Shown one piece after another: positions 9,501-17,773 of a stretch of DNA of 64,000 nt. The first letter of the stretch is position 1; the number at the start of each line of letters is the position of its first letter. Under the pieces are notes generated by a model. That model searched no databases. It was given only the letters and a program-made list of their open reading frames with translations, and was not told the DNA's origin. The translations under genes were made by a program, and so were the position numbers. The stretch covers positions 730,274 through 794,273 of the forward strand of contig CP066682.1 of the NCBI GenBank assembly GCA_016432285.1, given 5' to 3'. The stretch comes from Candidatus Kaiserbacteria bacterium (GTDB lineage Bacteria > Patescibacteriota > Minisyncoccia > Phycocordibacterales > UBA2100).

Positions 9501-9752
9501 CCCCGCGGCGTGGAAACGGTGATCGCGGGTCTCCTCGAGACCGTGCAGCCGATCCTCACCAAAAAAGGCGAGCGCATGCTCTTCGCGCGGCTCGCTGACT
9601 ATTCCGACGGCGTGGAGATTGTGGCCTTTCCGCGCGTCGTGAAAGAGAACGAGCAGCTCTTTTTGGCCGGCACATGCATTCTGGTGAAGGGCAAATTTTC
9701 CGAGCGCAATGGAGAAGCCAGTTTTGTTGTTGAGCGAGCGAAGGCTCTCTAA
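6591..9752 (+). CDS. dnaE: DNA polymerase III alpha subunit (short form, about 1053 aa)
   Basis: The N-terminal PHP domain begins MKAEFAHLHTHSHYSLLEALPKIPELVDAAVADGQSALALTDNGNLYGAIEFYK. Polymerase core motifs include GVHAAGVVI and FNKAHAASYG. An OB domain is near the C-terminus. The ORF is open from 6489, but the conserved start is M at 6591. Confidence 0.9.
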   Translation: MKAEFAHLHTHSHYSLLEALPKIPELVDAAVADGQSALALTDNGNLYGAIEFYKEAKAKGIKPIIGVNFFVAPRTRHDKEHRVDDALSRLLLLAKNLEGYRNLIQLVSRSHLEGFFDRPRIDRELISEHRGGLIAILPSYGGNHAHALRHGAPDRASQEIEWMKKVYGDDLYLEITTHPEIDTHEDEMQKIVELGRAQGVKLVAAHDVYYLREDDGLASDLVNKIRTGSTLQRDVDTVRRDFSFKKQAEMKKRFADLPEALHNNARIADMCDLELTLGSWVFPDYPVEKGSSHDGELRSLAHQGFKTRGVPESAENKERVEYELSIIAKKGYSPYFLVVADLLRHAREEGILTNTRGSAAGSLVSYLCGITTVNPLEYQLPFERFLNPERPSPPDIDMDLADNRRDELIAYVRKKYGEEKVAQIGTFGTMMARAAVRDVARALGLSYGTGDVIAKMIPFGKQGFPVSIESSLRDVPELAKAQKSDPTVREVLDLAQKIEGNARHVGVHAAGVVIAPTAVTDFSPVQLDPKGGKIITQYDMYAVEEAGLLKFDFLGLTNLSVLADAVSRVKERIGVEVDLDRLPLDDKKTFELLSRGETLGVFQLAGGGMTSYLVDLEPSSIHDINAMVALYRPGPMAFIPAYIERKKNPKLVKYLDPRMEPILKKSYGVITYQDDVLEIAIKLAGYSWLEADGFRKAMGKKIPKEMAAQKEKFTKGCVAGGMKKETVQKIWEQIETFAAYGFNKAHAASYGNLAYKTAYMKANFAVDYMAALLTADAGDVEKISEAVAECKRLEITVWPPSVKESAGTFTVIDDKNIRFGLYSIKNFGTGVADSIIAARQKDGPFKDIADFLSRVTDKNLNRKSLESLIQCGAFDDMGITRGELMANIETLLTFHREHLKAPQDQGSLFGALAPAKISLSLEKAQPVPLDVLLEWEKELLGLYVSGHPLDKHKDKLTRQKMDIKTGKEKFPRGVETVIAGLLETVQPILTKKGERMLFARLADYSDGVEIVAFPRVVKENEQLFLAGTCILVKGKFSERNGEASFVVERAKAL

Positions 9753-9762
9753 ACGCCTGTGG

Positions 9763-9792
9763 CCTGCCCCGTTGGAAGCGAAGCTTTCCAAC
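9763..9792 (+). terminator. Strong hairpin just after the dnaE stop (no U-tract)
   Basis: ccccgttggaagc-gaa-gctttccaacgggg, a stem of about 13 bp with one bulge. No T-run follows, so it is classed as a hairpin or possible non-canonical terminator. Confidence 0.35.
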
Positions 9793-9892
9793 GGGGTGGA
9801 GCGCGCAATGGTGCGCAAAGCTTGACGAACGACCTCTTTTGGGTTAAAAACAGGACTGAAACTTCACCGTTCTTCAACAAGGGGGCTACACG

Positions 9893-10303
9893 ATGCGGAA
9901 ACGCACCGAGATCCAGGTATTCGACGAAACTGCCAGCGAACTTGAGGAAGTGCTCCTGTCCGAGCGGGCCGGGGCCAACATCGTCTTCGATTCCGAGATG
10001 TTTTCTTCGTGCCTCACAAAAATGAGCACGCTGCGCAACGGCTTCAAGCCGACACGCAACGAATCCGGCATCAACCTGTTCGACGAAATCAGCGGCGCGA
10101 TCAAGCCGCTCTATACGGGCAGCGCTCCGTGGAGCGATGAGCTGAGACGCACGCTCTTCGACGCGCACATCGGCACGATCGACGAGTTCATGGAAGGAAG
10201 CGTGCCGGACAAGGACAAGCTTCGCGAGGCGGCGATGTTCTTGCGGTGCCTCATCACCGGCGTCGACAACTTCAAAAAGAAGTTGCTGTACCCGAAGGGG
10301 TAG
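9893..10303 (+). CDS. Hypothetical protein (136 aa)
   Basis: Non-repetitive composition, followed directly by a canonical terminator. The overlapping minus ORF is R/L/A-rich, antisense-like sequence. No recognisable domain. Confidence 0.45.
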   Translation: MRKRTEIQVFDETASELEEVLLSERAGANIVFDSEMFSSCLTKMSTLRNGFKPTRNESGINLFDEISGAIKPLYTGSAPWSDELRRTLFDAHIGTIDEFMEGSVPDKDKLREAAMFLRCLITGVDNFKKKLLYPKG

Positions 10304-10312
10304 CACCACTTA

Positions 10313-10355
10313 TGGCGGCGGCGCGAGAAATCTCGTGCCGCCGTTTCGTTTTTTA
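10313..10355 (+). terminator. Rho-independent terminator
   Basis: Stem ggcggcgcgag/ctcgtgccgcc with loop aaat, then gtttcgtttttt. Confidence 0.7.
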
Positions 10356-10378
10356 AGATATTTGCTAGTATCGTTTCT

Positions 10379-11596
10379 ATGTCAGACAAGGACGCGCTCC
10401 CCGACCACCGACGCCTCGGGCAGGAACTCGACCTCTTCGTCTTTTCGGATCTCGTGGGAAGTGGTCTCCCGCTCTGGACTCCGCGTGGCACGCTCTTGAG
10501 AAATCTGCTCGACGACTACGTGTGGGAGATGCGCAAGGCCCGCGGGTACGAAAAAGTCGAGATCCCGCACATCACCAAGAAGGAGCTCTACGAAACGAGT
10601 GGCCACTGGGACAAATTTAAGGACGATCTCTTCCGCATCACGACCCGCGAGGGCCACGAGTTTGCGATGAAGCCGATGAACTGCCCGCATCACACGCAGA
10701 TCTACGCCCGGAGGCCGTGGAGTTACCGAGAGATTCCGCAGCGCTACGCCAACAGCACCATGTGCTACCGCGACGAACAGTCGGGAGAGCTGAACGGCCT
10801 CTCGCGCGTTCGTGCCTTTACCCAGGACGATGCGCACGTTTTCTGCCGCGAACCCCAAGCGAAAGAGGAGTTTCTCAAGATTTGGGACATCATTGAGGAG
10901 TTCTATGGAACATTTGGTTTCAATCTCAAGATCCGCCTCTCCCTTCATGATCCAAAGGAACCGGACAAATATCTGGGAGACAAGAAGCGCTGGACAGCGG
11001 CGGAGCGGACGCTTACGGACATTGCAAAGGAAAGAGGCGTCGAATCCTCAATGGGAGTGGGCGAGGCAGCCTTCTACGGACCGAAAGTCGACTTTATGGC
11101 GGAAGACAGTCTCGGGCGGGAGTGGCAGGTGGCGACGATCCAACTCGATCTCAACATGCCGGAGCGCTTCGATCTCACGTGTGTGAACGAAAAAGGCGAG
11201 AAAGAGCGGGTCGTGATGATCCACGCGGCGATCATGGGATCGATCGAGCGCTTCCTTTCGATACTGCTGGAGCACCTCGACGGCAAACTCCCCACGTGGC
11301 TCTCCCCGGTACAGGTAGCAGTGCTCCCAGTCTCAGAAAGACACGCCCCGTACGCAGCGCAAATCCTCGAAGGGCTGCAACAGGCCGGGATTCGCGCGGA
11401 AATCAACGCCGACGACCCGCTGGGCAAGCGCATCCGGGAATCTAAAGTAAAAAAGATCCCGTACACGATCGTCGTCGGCGACGAAGAAATGAGCGCGAAG
11501 ACCGCCACACTCGAAGGCCGTACCGGCAAACTGGGCGTTCTTCCGATCGCGGATATTGTTTCAAAACTGGAAGAAGAAATACGAAATCGAGCCTAA
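10379..11596 (+). CDS. thrS: Threonyl-tRNA synthetase, catalytic plus anticodon-binding domains only (N-terminal TGS/editing domains absent)
   Basis: A class II aaRS core with ThrRS-specific zinc-site residues (KPMNCPHH...; motif 2 MCYRDEQSGELNGLSRVRAFTQDDAHVFC; motif 3 GSIERF) and a C-terminal anticodon-binding domain. Only 405 aa, against about 640 for canonical bacterial ThrRS. Confidence 0.85.
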   Translation: MSDKDALPDHRRLGQELDLFVFSDLVGSGLPLWTPRGTLLRNLLDDYVWEMRKARGYEKVEIPHITKKELYETSGHWDKFKDDLFRITTREGHEFAMKPMNCPHHTQIYARRPWSYREIPQRYANSTMCYRDEQSGELNGLSRVRAFTQDDAHVFCREPQAKEEFLKIWDIIEEFYGTFGFNLKIRLSLHDPKEPDKYLGDKKRWTAAERTLTDIAKERGVESSMGVGEAAFYGPKVDFMAEDSLGREWQVATIQLDLNMPERFDLTCVNEKGEKERVVMIHAAIMGSIERFLSILLEHLDGKLPTWLSPVQVAVLPVSERHAPYAAQILEGLQQAGIRAEINADDPLGKRIRESKVKKIPYTIVVGDEEMSAKTATLEGRTGKLGVLPIADIVSKLEEEIRNRA

Positions 11597-11602
11597 ACAA
11601 AA

Positions 11603-11633
11603 ACCCCGCCTAAAGGCGGGGTTTTTGTTTCTA
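11603..11633. terminator. Bidirectional rho-independent terminator
   Basis: aaaaccccgcc-taa-aggcggggtttttgttt, with an A-tract before the stem and a T-tract after it, lying between the convergent thrS and the 11673..13385 gene. Confidence 0.8.
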
Positions 11634-11672
11634 CTTTGGAGCGTTGGGGACGGCGGTCCGCCAGCTGGCGGA

Positions 11673-13385
11673 TTAGCTGCGCGCGATCACGATGCGCGGA
11701 GCGGCGCCGTCTTCCGGGCGAACGAAGCTCATCGCGTCTTTCGGTGCTTCGACAAAGAAGCGGGGTGCCTCTTCGCGAACCGGGAGGTTTGCGAGGCTAG
11801 CCGAACGAGCGATTGCCGGAGCCACTTTCTTTCCAAAGAGTGCCGGAGCTGCGACGGAGCCCGAGGACTGTGCCACCGGGGAGCGCTTCGGAGTGGCGAC
11901 CGCGAGCTTCGGAAAACCGAGACCCATGTTCGGGATGTAGTAGAGCGCGAGGTAGGCGCCGGCTGCCGCGAAGACAAGGAGCGAGCCGTAGAAGGCAGCG
12001 TTGCCCAAAAGCCCTGCGTCGAATCCGGTGTACGGAATCTGCGAGAGCGAGACCGAGGGACCGGCGACGTTGACCGCGACGTTGCAGGTGCGCGTGCCGC
12101 CTTGGCCCTGCACCGTGAGCACGTAGTTGGTCGAGACGTTGGGGCGCACCGTCAGAGAGCCGTTCGGTGAGACGTTGCCGATGCCGTCGGAGAGCCACGC
12201 CGAGTACGCGCCGTAGCTGGTCCACGAGAGCACCGTCGCCTGACCGTTTTGGATGTACGACTGCGAGGTCGTGATGATGCAGTAGAGGCCCTGCTGCGGA
12301 TACACCGGCGTTTGCGGGTAGACCGGGTACTGCGGATAAACGTACTGCACCGGGTACTGGATCGGGGTCTGATAGACCGGCGTTACTGTCGAGACGTTGG
12401 TGTTGCAGCTGCCGCCTGTGCACGTGTTGGTGTTGATGTTCGTGTTGGTGTTCGTGTTGACGATGTTGGTGCTCGGCGTCGGGAAGTAGACCGGAGGCTG
12501 TGGCTGCGGACGCGGAGGCTGTGGATAGACCGGAGGATAGCTCGGCGGCTGCGGCCGGATGACCGGCGGAGTCGTGTAGCTCGGCGGATAGCTCACCGAA
12601 CGCGGAGCCGAGTAGCTCGGAGCCGAGACGCGGAACGGCGCTGCGGCGGAAGCGTACTGCGGGTTCGAGTAGTTCTGCATCGAGTACCGCGTACCGAATT
12701 CATCAACATAGGTGTCGTAGATGCCGTACTCACTGTAGAGACCGTAAATATCGTACGGAGAAGAGTCACCGAAAAGCGCGCCTGTTCCATCACCAAAGAG
12801 TGCGCCGGAACCATCGCCGAAGTACGGATTGGAGCCGTCGCCAAAGAGACTGCCGGCACCATCGCCGAAGTACGAGCCAAGGCCATCGCCGTAGAAGTTA
12901 CCGAGGCCATCACCGAAGTACGAACCGGAGCCGTCCCCGAAGTACGAACTGAGACCATCGCCAAAGTACGAGCCGGAGCCATCGCCGAAGTACGGATCGG
13001 ATCCGTCGCCAAAGAGAGAGCCTGAGCCATCGCCATAGTAATAGCCGGAGCCGTCGCCGTAGATTGAACCGGAGCCGTCATCGAAGTAGGCGCCCCCTCC
13101 GTCGCCGTAATAGTAGCTTGCGCCATCACCGTAGAGGTTGCCAGCACCGTCTCCAAAGTAGAAACCACTCCCGTCATCATAGACAGAGCCGCCGCCGTCG
13201 CCGTAGTAGTAGCTTGCGCCATCACCGTAGAGGTTGCCGACACCATCACCAAAGAAACTTCCAAGTTCGTCGCCGCCGTAGGTATCGGCCGCCTCAGCGA
13301 CGCCAAAACTGCCCGCAAAAACGAGTGCGAGAGCGATGAGCCCGCCAAGAAATACGTTTGCATTTACACTGGATGCGGTTTTCAT
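11673..13385 (-). CDS. Secreted, C-terminally anchored protein with about 25 tandem octapeptide (F/Y)GDGxGx(Y/F/L) repeats
   Basis: Signal peptide MKTASSVNANVFLGGLIALALVFAGSFGVAEA. Residues about 40-240 are FGDGSGSY/FGDGLGNF/YGDGGGSV repeats, which show as a 24-nt DNA period from 12700 to 13300. These are followed by a Pro/Tyr/Gln-rich linker, an NTNTNINTNT tract, a beta-rich domain, an IPYTG motif, then a hydrophobic segment and a basic tail. Confidence 0.7.
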   Translation of the reverse strand: MKTASSVNANVFLGGLIALALVFAGSFGVAEAADTYGGDELGSFFGDGVGNLYGDGASYYYGDGGGSVYDDGSGFYFGDGAGNLYGDGASYYYGDGGGAYFDDGSGSIYGDGSGYYYGDGSGSLFGDGSDPYFGDGSGSYFGDGLSSYFGDGSGSYFGDGLGNFYGDGLGSYFGDGAGSLFGDGSNPYFGDGSGALFGDGTGALFGDSSPYDIYGLYSEYGIYDTYVDEFGTRYSMQNYSNPQYASAAAPFRVSAPSYSAPRSVSYPPSYTTPPVIRPQPPSYPPVYPQPPRPQPQPPVYFPTPSTNIVNTNTNTNINTNTCTGGSCNTNVSTVTPVYQTPIQYPVQYVYPQYPVYPQTPVYPQQGLYCIITTSQSYIQNGQATVLSWTSYGAYSAWLSDGIGNVSPNGSLTVRPNVSTNYVLTVQGQGGTRTCNVAVNVAGPSVSLSQIPYTGFDAGLLGNAAFYGSLLVFAAAGAYLALYYIPNMGLGFPKLAVATPKRSPVAQSSGSVAAPALFGKKVAPAIARSASLANLPVREEAPRFFVEAPKDAMSFVRPEDGAAPRIVIARS

Positions 13386-13537
13386 AATTATGTATGACGA
13401 CGTTTGCTAATTGCTTCAAACTACTACGACTTGTAATGCAGCTATTATATAACCCAAAAAAGGGTATGTCAAGTCCGAAGAATTGGCTGCGAGGCGCGCT
13501 GTTGGCGGGCCTCGCAACCGAAAACGCTCGATCTGGA

Positions 13538-14039
13538 TCAGGGTTTTTTGAGGATGACGATCCACTCACCTTTTTCGATCGTCCACTCCCCTTTGTACGC
13601 CACGCCCGCGATGAGCGCCCGCATCGAGGATCGCTTCGTCGCGACATCGGCCGGCACGGTGAGCATCGTTTCGAGCCACACGTACCGAGTGCCGTTTTTC
13701 ACGTACTCGGCGCGAAGCGCTTCGACGGTGTACTGGGCGGTCCCTTTTTTTGCCGCACGATCCGAACAGACGTAGATCTGCTTGATCCAGAGATTCTGAT
13801 CGGCTCTCGCGCGGGTGGGTTCGTCCATCTCAACGATGAGCGGGTATGTGAGCGGACGCTTCGCGTCCGGGTACGCACTCCAGTCGTAGAGCAATACGAC
13901 GCGCACGACCGACCAGCCGGGCGTGTTCGCTCTGATGAGCGTCTTGTGTGTGATCTTGATTTGATCACACGCCGCCTTACTTTCGGCGACTCCGATGAGG
14001 AGAGCCAAAAGAAGGATAAACATCCTGACAATGAACATC
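13538..14039 (-). CDS. Secreted hypothetical protein (167 aa)
   Basis: ATG at 14037-14039 with RBS AAAGGAAGGAACG. Signal peptide MFIVRMFILLLALLIGVAESKAA. The ORF track's longer 210-aa version is an upstream extension. Confidence 0.5.
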
Positions 14040-14121
14040 GTTCCTTCCTTTCTGCCCTCGTTCGTGAGAGCTCGACTGCACTTCGAGAAAAGTGCACGCG
14101 AGCGTTCGCGATAAACAGAGG

Positions 14122-14157
14122 CGCGCGAGGAGTGGTCGAAACCAACTCCTCGCGCGA
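14122..14157 (-). terminator. Candidate terminator hairpin downstream of the 14206..14574 gene
   Basis: Perfect 11-bp stem gcgcgaggagt/actcctcgcgc with loop ggtcgaaacca. Only a weak T-tract on the minus-strand side. Confidence 0.35.
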
Positions 14158-14205
14158 TCCTCAGACTCAATAGCCCTTGCTCGCGCTCGGGCTGCGGACG
14201 AGGCT

Positions 14206-14574
14206 TTACTTACGCTTCGGCCAGCCTTTGACGTTCGCCGCATCGCCGCCCGAGACCTTGGCCGGAGACAGCGCAGCGTACGTGTAGCGCAAGGGGCAGT
14301 CGGCAGCGAGCGCGACTTCCACCTTGTAGCCGATCGGCGCCTCGATGACCTTTTCGTCCGGCATGATCCATTCGGTCGGGCTCTTCTGCTTGGCCGCGAC
14401 CGGATCGCGCCAGGCGACCTGCGAGTTCGGGATCTGGAAGTTGCCGTCCTGCCCGACATTCAGCAGTTGCTGATTGGGACAGGCTTTCAGCGGGACCTCC
14501 TTGGTCTGCGCAAACGCAGACGTCGAGAGGGCGAGAACAGCCGCCGAGGCGGCAAGAGTGAAGAACTTGGTCAT
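14206..14574 (-). CDS. Small secreted hypothetical protein (122 aa)
   Basis: ATG at 14572-14574 with RBS AGGAGA. Signal peptide MTKFFTLAASAAVLALSTSAFAQ. Two Cys residues. No domain recognised. Confidence 0.5.
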   Translation of the reverse strand: MTKFFTLAASAAVLALSTSAFAQTKEVPLKACPNQQLLNVGQDGNFQIPNSQVAWRDPVAAKQKSPTEWIMPDEKVIEAPIGYKVEVALAADCPLRYTYAALSPAKVSGGDAANVKGWPKRK

Positions 14575-14904
14575 AGGAGTCTCCTGATACCCCTCGCAGT
14601 TGTTGAAGTTTGCGAGGGTTATATGCGCACCAAAATCGCGCGCAGGTAACCCTCGCAAATCGAGTCTGAGTTTAGTGAAAGAGCACGGGCTTGCGGGCCC
14701 TGCTCTGGCGCCCCGGACAGGAGGCTACAGAGCCGGGCAAACAATACAGAAAACGTGGAGAGATTTCAGCTTCGAGTGCCATTATAGCACCTCTGGAGCG
14801 ATTGTCAAGTCCCCTATTCGCCTTTAGGTAAGCCACGAAAAAGGATCCCGCGGCGGTGCTGAGTGCCGCCGCGGGTCGAAAGAACACTTCGGAACCTCAT
14901 CCTC

Positions 14905-15936
14905 TCAGTTGCAGACGCCCATGTTATTGGGGGCGATGCTGCAACCTTCCCGTGATGGCGGCTGAGGCTGTTGCACCGGAGCGGGCGGAGCAGGAGGCTG
15001 GATTACCGGCGATTGGACTGCCGGTGCTACGGGCGGAGGAGCTTCTTCCGACGGCTTGACTACCGGAGGCGAAGTCGGTTGCTCGAGCACAGGTGGCTTC
15101 TGCACAGGAACTTGCGGCTCCGGTGCAAGCTGCGTAGGCTTTTCCGTCTTGACCATTGGTGGTGCCGGTTGATCCGGCTTCACCTCCGCAGGCTTCTCCA
15201 CCGGTGCCGGTGGCAACACGGCCGGCTTCTCGATGGGAGCCGGAACAGGATCGGGCGGACCCTTCTCCCCCGCCCGCTCGGCCGGAGGCATCTGTACGTC
15301 CACCCCCGGCAGCTTGAGGCTCTTGAGGTGCGTCGCGACACGCTCCTTCACGAGATCGACGTCGGCGCGCTTGAACTCAATCACGCCAGTGCCGAGAAAG
15401 ACCGCGAGCACGAGCAGCACACCGACAACGGCACCCAGAAACATTTTGAGCGTGCTGCCGGTCGGCATATCGAGCGCCTCCGGCGAATTCGCCGGAGCCG
15501 TACCCCACCCCGCTCTCGCGGCGATACGCTTCAAGGTGTGCAACTGGTTGAAGCCGAGATCCCAGATGACCCACGCCGCAATCAGGCTGATCAGGATTTG
15601 ATCGTGCATCAGCGCCCAGAGATTGCTCCATGGAATCGGGTTTTCCCCAATGTATTTATTCCATGTCGGCAGCACGCGGTACGCCGCGTACAGCGATCCG
15701 CCGAGATCCGCGAGCCAGAACCACCAGTTGGCGGGTGCGAGCCGCGCGGAGAGGCGGTTGAAGTAGACGGCCGCGCCGAGTGCCACCCAACCGAGAATAT
15801 CGAGTGCGACCATACCGAGAATCGGAAGATCGATGATCGTCTTCTTCTCGATGAAGTAGATGGGCGTGATGTAGCCGATCACGTAGCTCGTGAAAATTGC
15901 GAGCGAAAGCAGCGCGAGTCCAAAGATGTAACGCAT
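14905..15936 (-). CDS. Polytopic membrane protein with a Pro-rich C-terminal repeat region
   Basis: Start MRYIFGLALLSLAIF at the ATG 15934-15936. At least five hydrophobic helices. The C-terminus carries PAPIEKPAVLPPAPVEKPAEVKPDQPAPP...PPVVKPSEEAPPPVAPAVQSP, then CSIAPNNMGVCN. Confidence 0.55.
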   Translation of the reverse strand: MRYIFGLALLSLAIFTSYVIGYITPIYFIEKKTIIDLPILGMVALDILGWVALGAAVYFNRLSARLAPANWWFWLADLGGSLYAAYRVLPTWNKYIGENPIPWSNLWALMHDQILISLIAAWVIWDLGFNQLHTLKRIAARAGWGTAPANSPEALDMPTGSTLKMFLGAVVGVLLVLAVFLGTGVIEFKRADVDLVKERVATHLKSLKLPGVDVQMPPAERAGEKGPPDPVPAPIEKPAVLPPAPVEKPAEVKPDQPAPPMVKTEKPTQLAPEPQVPVQKPPVLEQPTSPPVVKPSEEAPPPVAPAVQSPVIQPPAPPAPVQQPQPPSREGCSIAPNNMGVCN

Positions 15937-16098
15937 GGCGTTGTCCTTTCCACGATGAGAGGAGGGTTTGATTTCAGAGCCTGGAGACTGCCCCAGGAGC
16001 CGGGTACAGCAGTACGTCAAAATCGCTTACGCGTCAATGAAAAGAAGACCGGCGGCAACGAGGGTTGCCGCCGGCTATTTTGAGCCTCGTCAGCGTTT

Positions 16099-16647
16099 TC
16101 AACTGACTCTGTCGGAAGAGATCTCGTCGGTCAGCCGTGCGAAGCGGAAAGCGACCCACTGGAGGATCACAACGTCGAACTGCACGGTCCACCAGCCGAT
16201 GAAGATCACGAGAACCTGCTCCCACGTGAACCACGCAAGCGGGTTATACGCGCGGGAATCCCACTGCCACGGCCACCACGAGCGCGCGATGCCGAAGAGC
16301 AGAACGTAGGTGGCGATCTTCAGCGCCACCACGAGGTAGAGCGAGATCTTCGGCATGTAGGAGCGCCGTTGGTCGGCGATTGCCGCCGTTTCCCTGCCCG
16401 GGGGCCGGAAAAAGATCGGCAACGACTGCGCAAAGAGGTATCCGATCGAACCAAGCGCGAACGCGTACACGCACAGCCGGAAAATAAGGCCAGTTGTGCT
16501 GTTGTGGTCGATGGCCGCCGCCGGAACGACAAGCAGGATGACGAGGGCGATCGTGTAGATCACGATCGAACGCGTGCAAATACCCTCCCAGTTCTTGTTG
16601 GCCGCCCAGCTGTGCTGAGCGAGGAATTCGTGCGCCGGAGTTGGCAT
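16099..16647 (-). CDS. Integral membrane protein (hypothetical, 182 aa)
   Basis: Start MPTPAHEFLAQHSW at the ATG 16645-16647. Four hydrophobic helices. Trp-rich. Confidence 0.5.
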   Translation of the reverse strand: MPTPAHEFLAQHSWAANKNWEGICTRSIVIYTIALVILLVVPAAAIDHNSTTGLIFRLCVYAFALGSIGYLFAQSLPIFFRPPGRETAAIADQRRSYMPKISLYLVVALKIATYVLLFGIARSWWPWQWDSRAYNPLAWFTWEQVLVIFIGWWTVQFDVVILQWVAFRFARLTDEISSDRVS

Positions 16648-16794
16648 GATGATTCTCCACTTTGTCGATCCCCACGGATCGATCCAGAAAGATACAACCA
16701 CTAAAAGGTCGGGGTGTCAAAAGAAAACAGCGCGCGGGTCCAGAAGGATCTCCGCGCGCCGTGTTGATGGATGCTCGCCGCATTCGGTAGCGAA

Positions 16795-17175
16795 TCAGTA
16801 TCCGCCGGGACGCATCAGCAGCGGGGGCCGTCCGTCGAGAGGCTGTAGCACGAATCCCTCGAACTGGAGATAGGTGCCCGTCCGCCTGCTGCGCGCCCAC
16901 GCTTCGTAGGTTTCGATGGAACCCCCGCCGTTGTTTCCGTATCCGTTATGGTACGGATCGCGGTAACCGCCGCCGTATTGCGGCTGGTAGCCGCCGTACG
17001 ATTTACCGGGATAACCCCGGCGACCATACGGTGCCGGAGGCGGCGGATACGGTGAATGATCGGGTCCGCAGACGCCTCCCTGGTATGGGGAGCACGGGTG
17101 GCGGGCTTCCGCTGCCGACGGCAGCGCGAGCGCGAAACCCACCGCCACAATGGCGATGCCAAAGATCTTCTGCAT
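16795..17175 (-). CDS. Small secreted Gly/Tyr/Pro-rich protein
   Basis: Signal peptide MQKIFGIAIVAVGFALALPSAAEA, then HPCSPYQGGVCGPDHSPYPPPPAPYGRRGYPGKSYGGYQPQYGGGYRDPYHNGYGNNGGG, which is low-complexity. Confidence 0.55.
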   Translation of the reverse strand: MQKIFGIAIVAVGFALALPSAAEARHPCSPYQGGVCGPDHSPYPPPPAPYGRRGYPGKSYGGYQPQYGGGYRDPYHNGYGNNGGGSIETYEAWARSRRTGTYLQFEGFVLQPLDGRPPLLMRPGGY

Positions 17176-17300
17176 TTCTCTATTCCTTTCTCCGGATTTC
17201 AGGAACGCCCTCTCAAAATCGTTCGATCTTGCGAGAGCCCGCCACTTCGCAATCGCGCAAAGCGAAGTGGCGGGCGCTTACAAGCCCGGCTCAAAGAGCG

Positions 17301-17771
17301 TTAGCGGCCGACCGGCACCGCGTAGCCGATGTCGATCGGACGGCCGATTTCGACAGCGTACCCGAGATCGATCGCGTGTCCGATTTCCACGCCGTACCCG
17401 ATCGTGATTGGACGACCCACGTTGACGCCATAACCAATCGGCACCGCGTATCCCAAGGTGATCGGACGGCCCACCGGCACGGGGTAGCCGAGCGTAATCG
17501 GACGGCCCGTCGGCACTGGATAGCCGGTCGGTACGGGAGAGCCCGTCGGATACGGGCGCCCGACGGAGGCGGGCGAGCCGGTGTAGCCGGGAGAGCCGTA
17601 TGAGCTCGGCGAAGCGTACGCCGACGGATATGCGTAGCCCGCGGAATAAGCGTAGGCAGAAGGGTACGCGTACGCGGAGTCGTACGAAGCGTACGACGGA
17701 TACGCCTGCGCGCTCGCGCTCCCGATGCTGACGGCAAAGAAAGCGATTGTGATGAGAAGAATTTTTTTCAT
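17301..17771 (-). CDS. Secreted repetitive protein (Tyr/Ala/Ser-rich, then GRPIT(L/I)GY(A/P)VPVG repeats)
   Basis: Signal peptide MKKILLITIAFFAVSIGSASAQA. Then AYPSYASYDSAYAYPSAYAYSAGYAYPSAYASPSSYGSPGY. Then six or seven 13-aa repeats GRPITLGYPVPVG, GRPITLGYAVPIG, GRPITIGYGVEIG, GRPIDIGYAVPVG. Confidence 0.6.
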   Translation of the reverse strand: MKKILLITIAFFAVSIGSASAQAYPSYASYDSAYAYPSAYAYSAGYAYPSAYASPSSYGSPGYTGSPASVGRPYPTGSPVPTGYPVPTGRPITLGYPVPVGRPITLGYAVPIGYGVNVGRPITIGYGVEIGHAIDLGYAVEIGRPIDIGYAVPVGR

Positions 17772-17773
17772 AG

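Noticed and set aside
9749-10309. 186-aa minus ORF overlapping the 9893..10303 gene
   Set aside because: R/L/A-rich antisense-type composition. The + frame has a downstream terminator.
12249-13339. + strand ORFs with RRRxRR repeats
   Set aside because: Antisense to the GDG-repeat gene. The periodicity simply mirrors the 24-nt repeat.
14971-16083. 370-aa + ORF
   Set aside because: Antisense to the Pro-rich membrane protein gene. Arg-rich.
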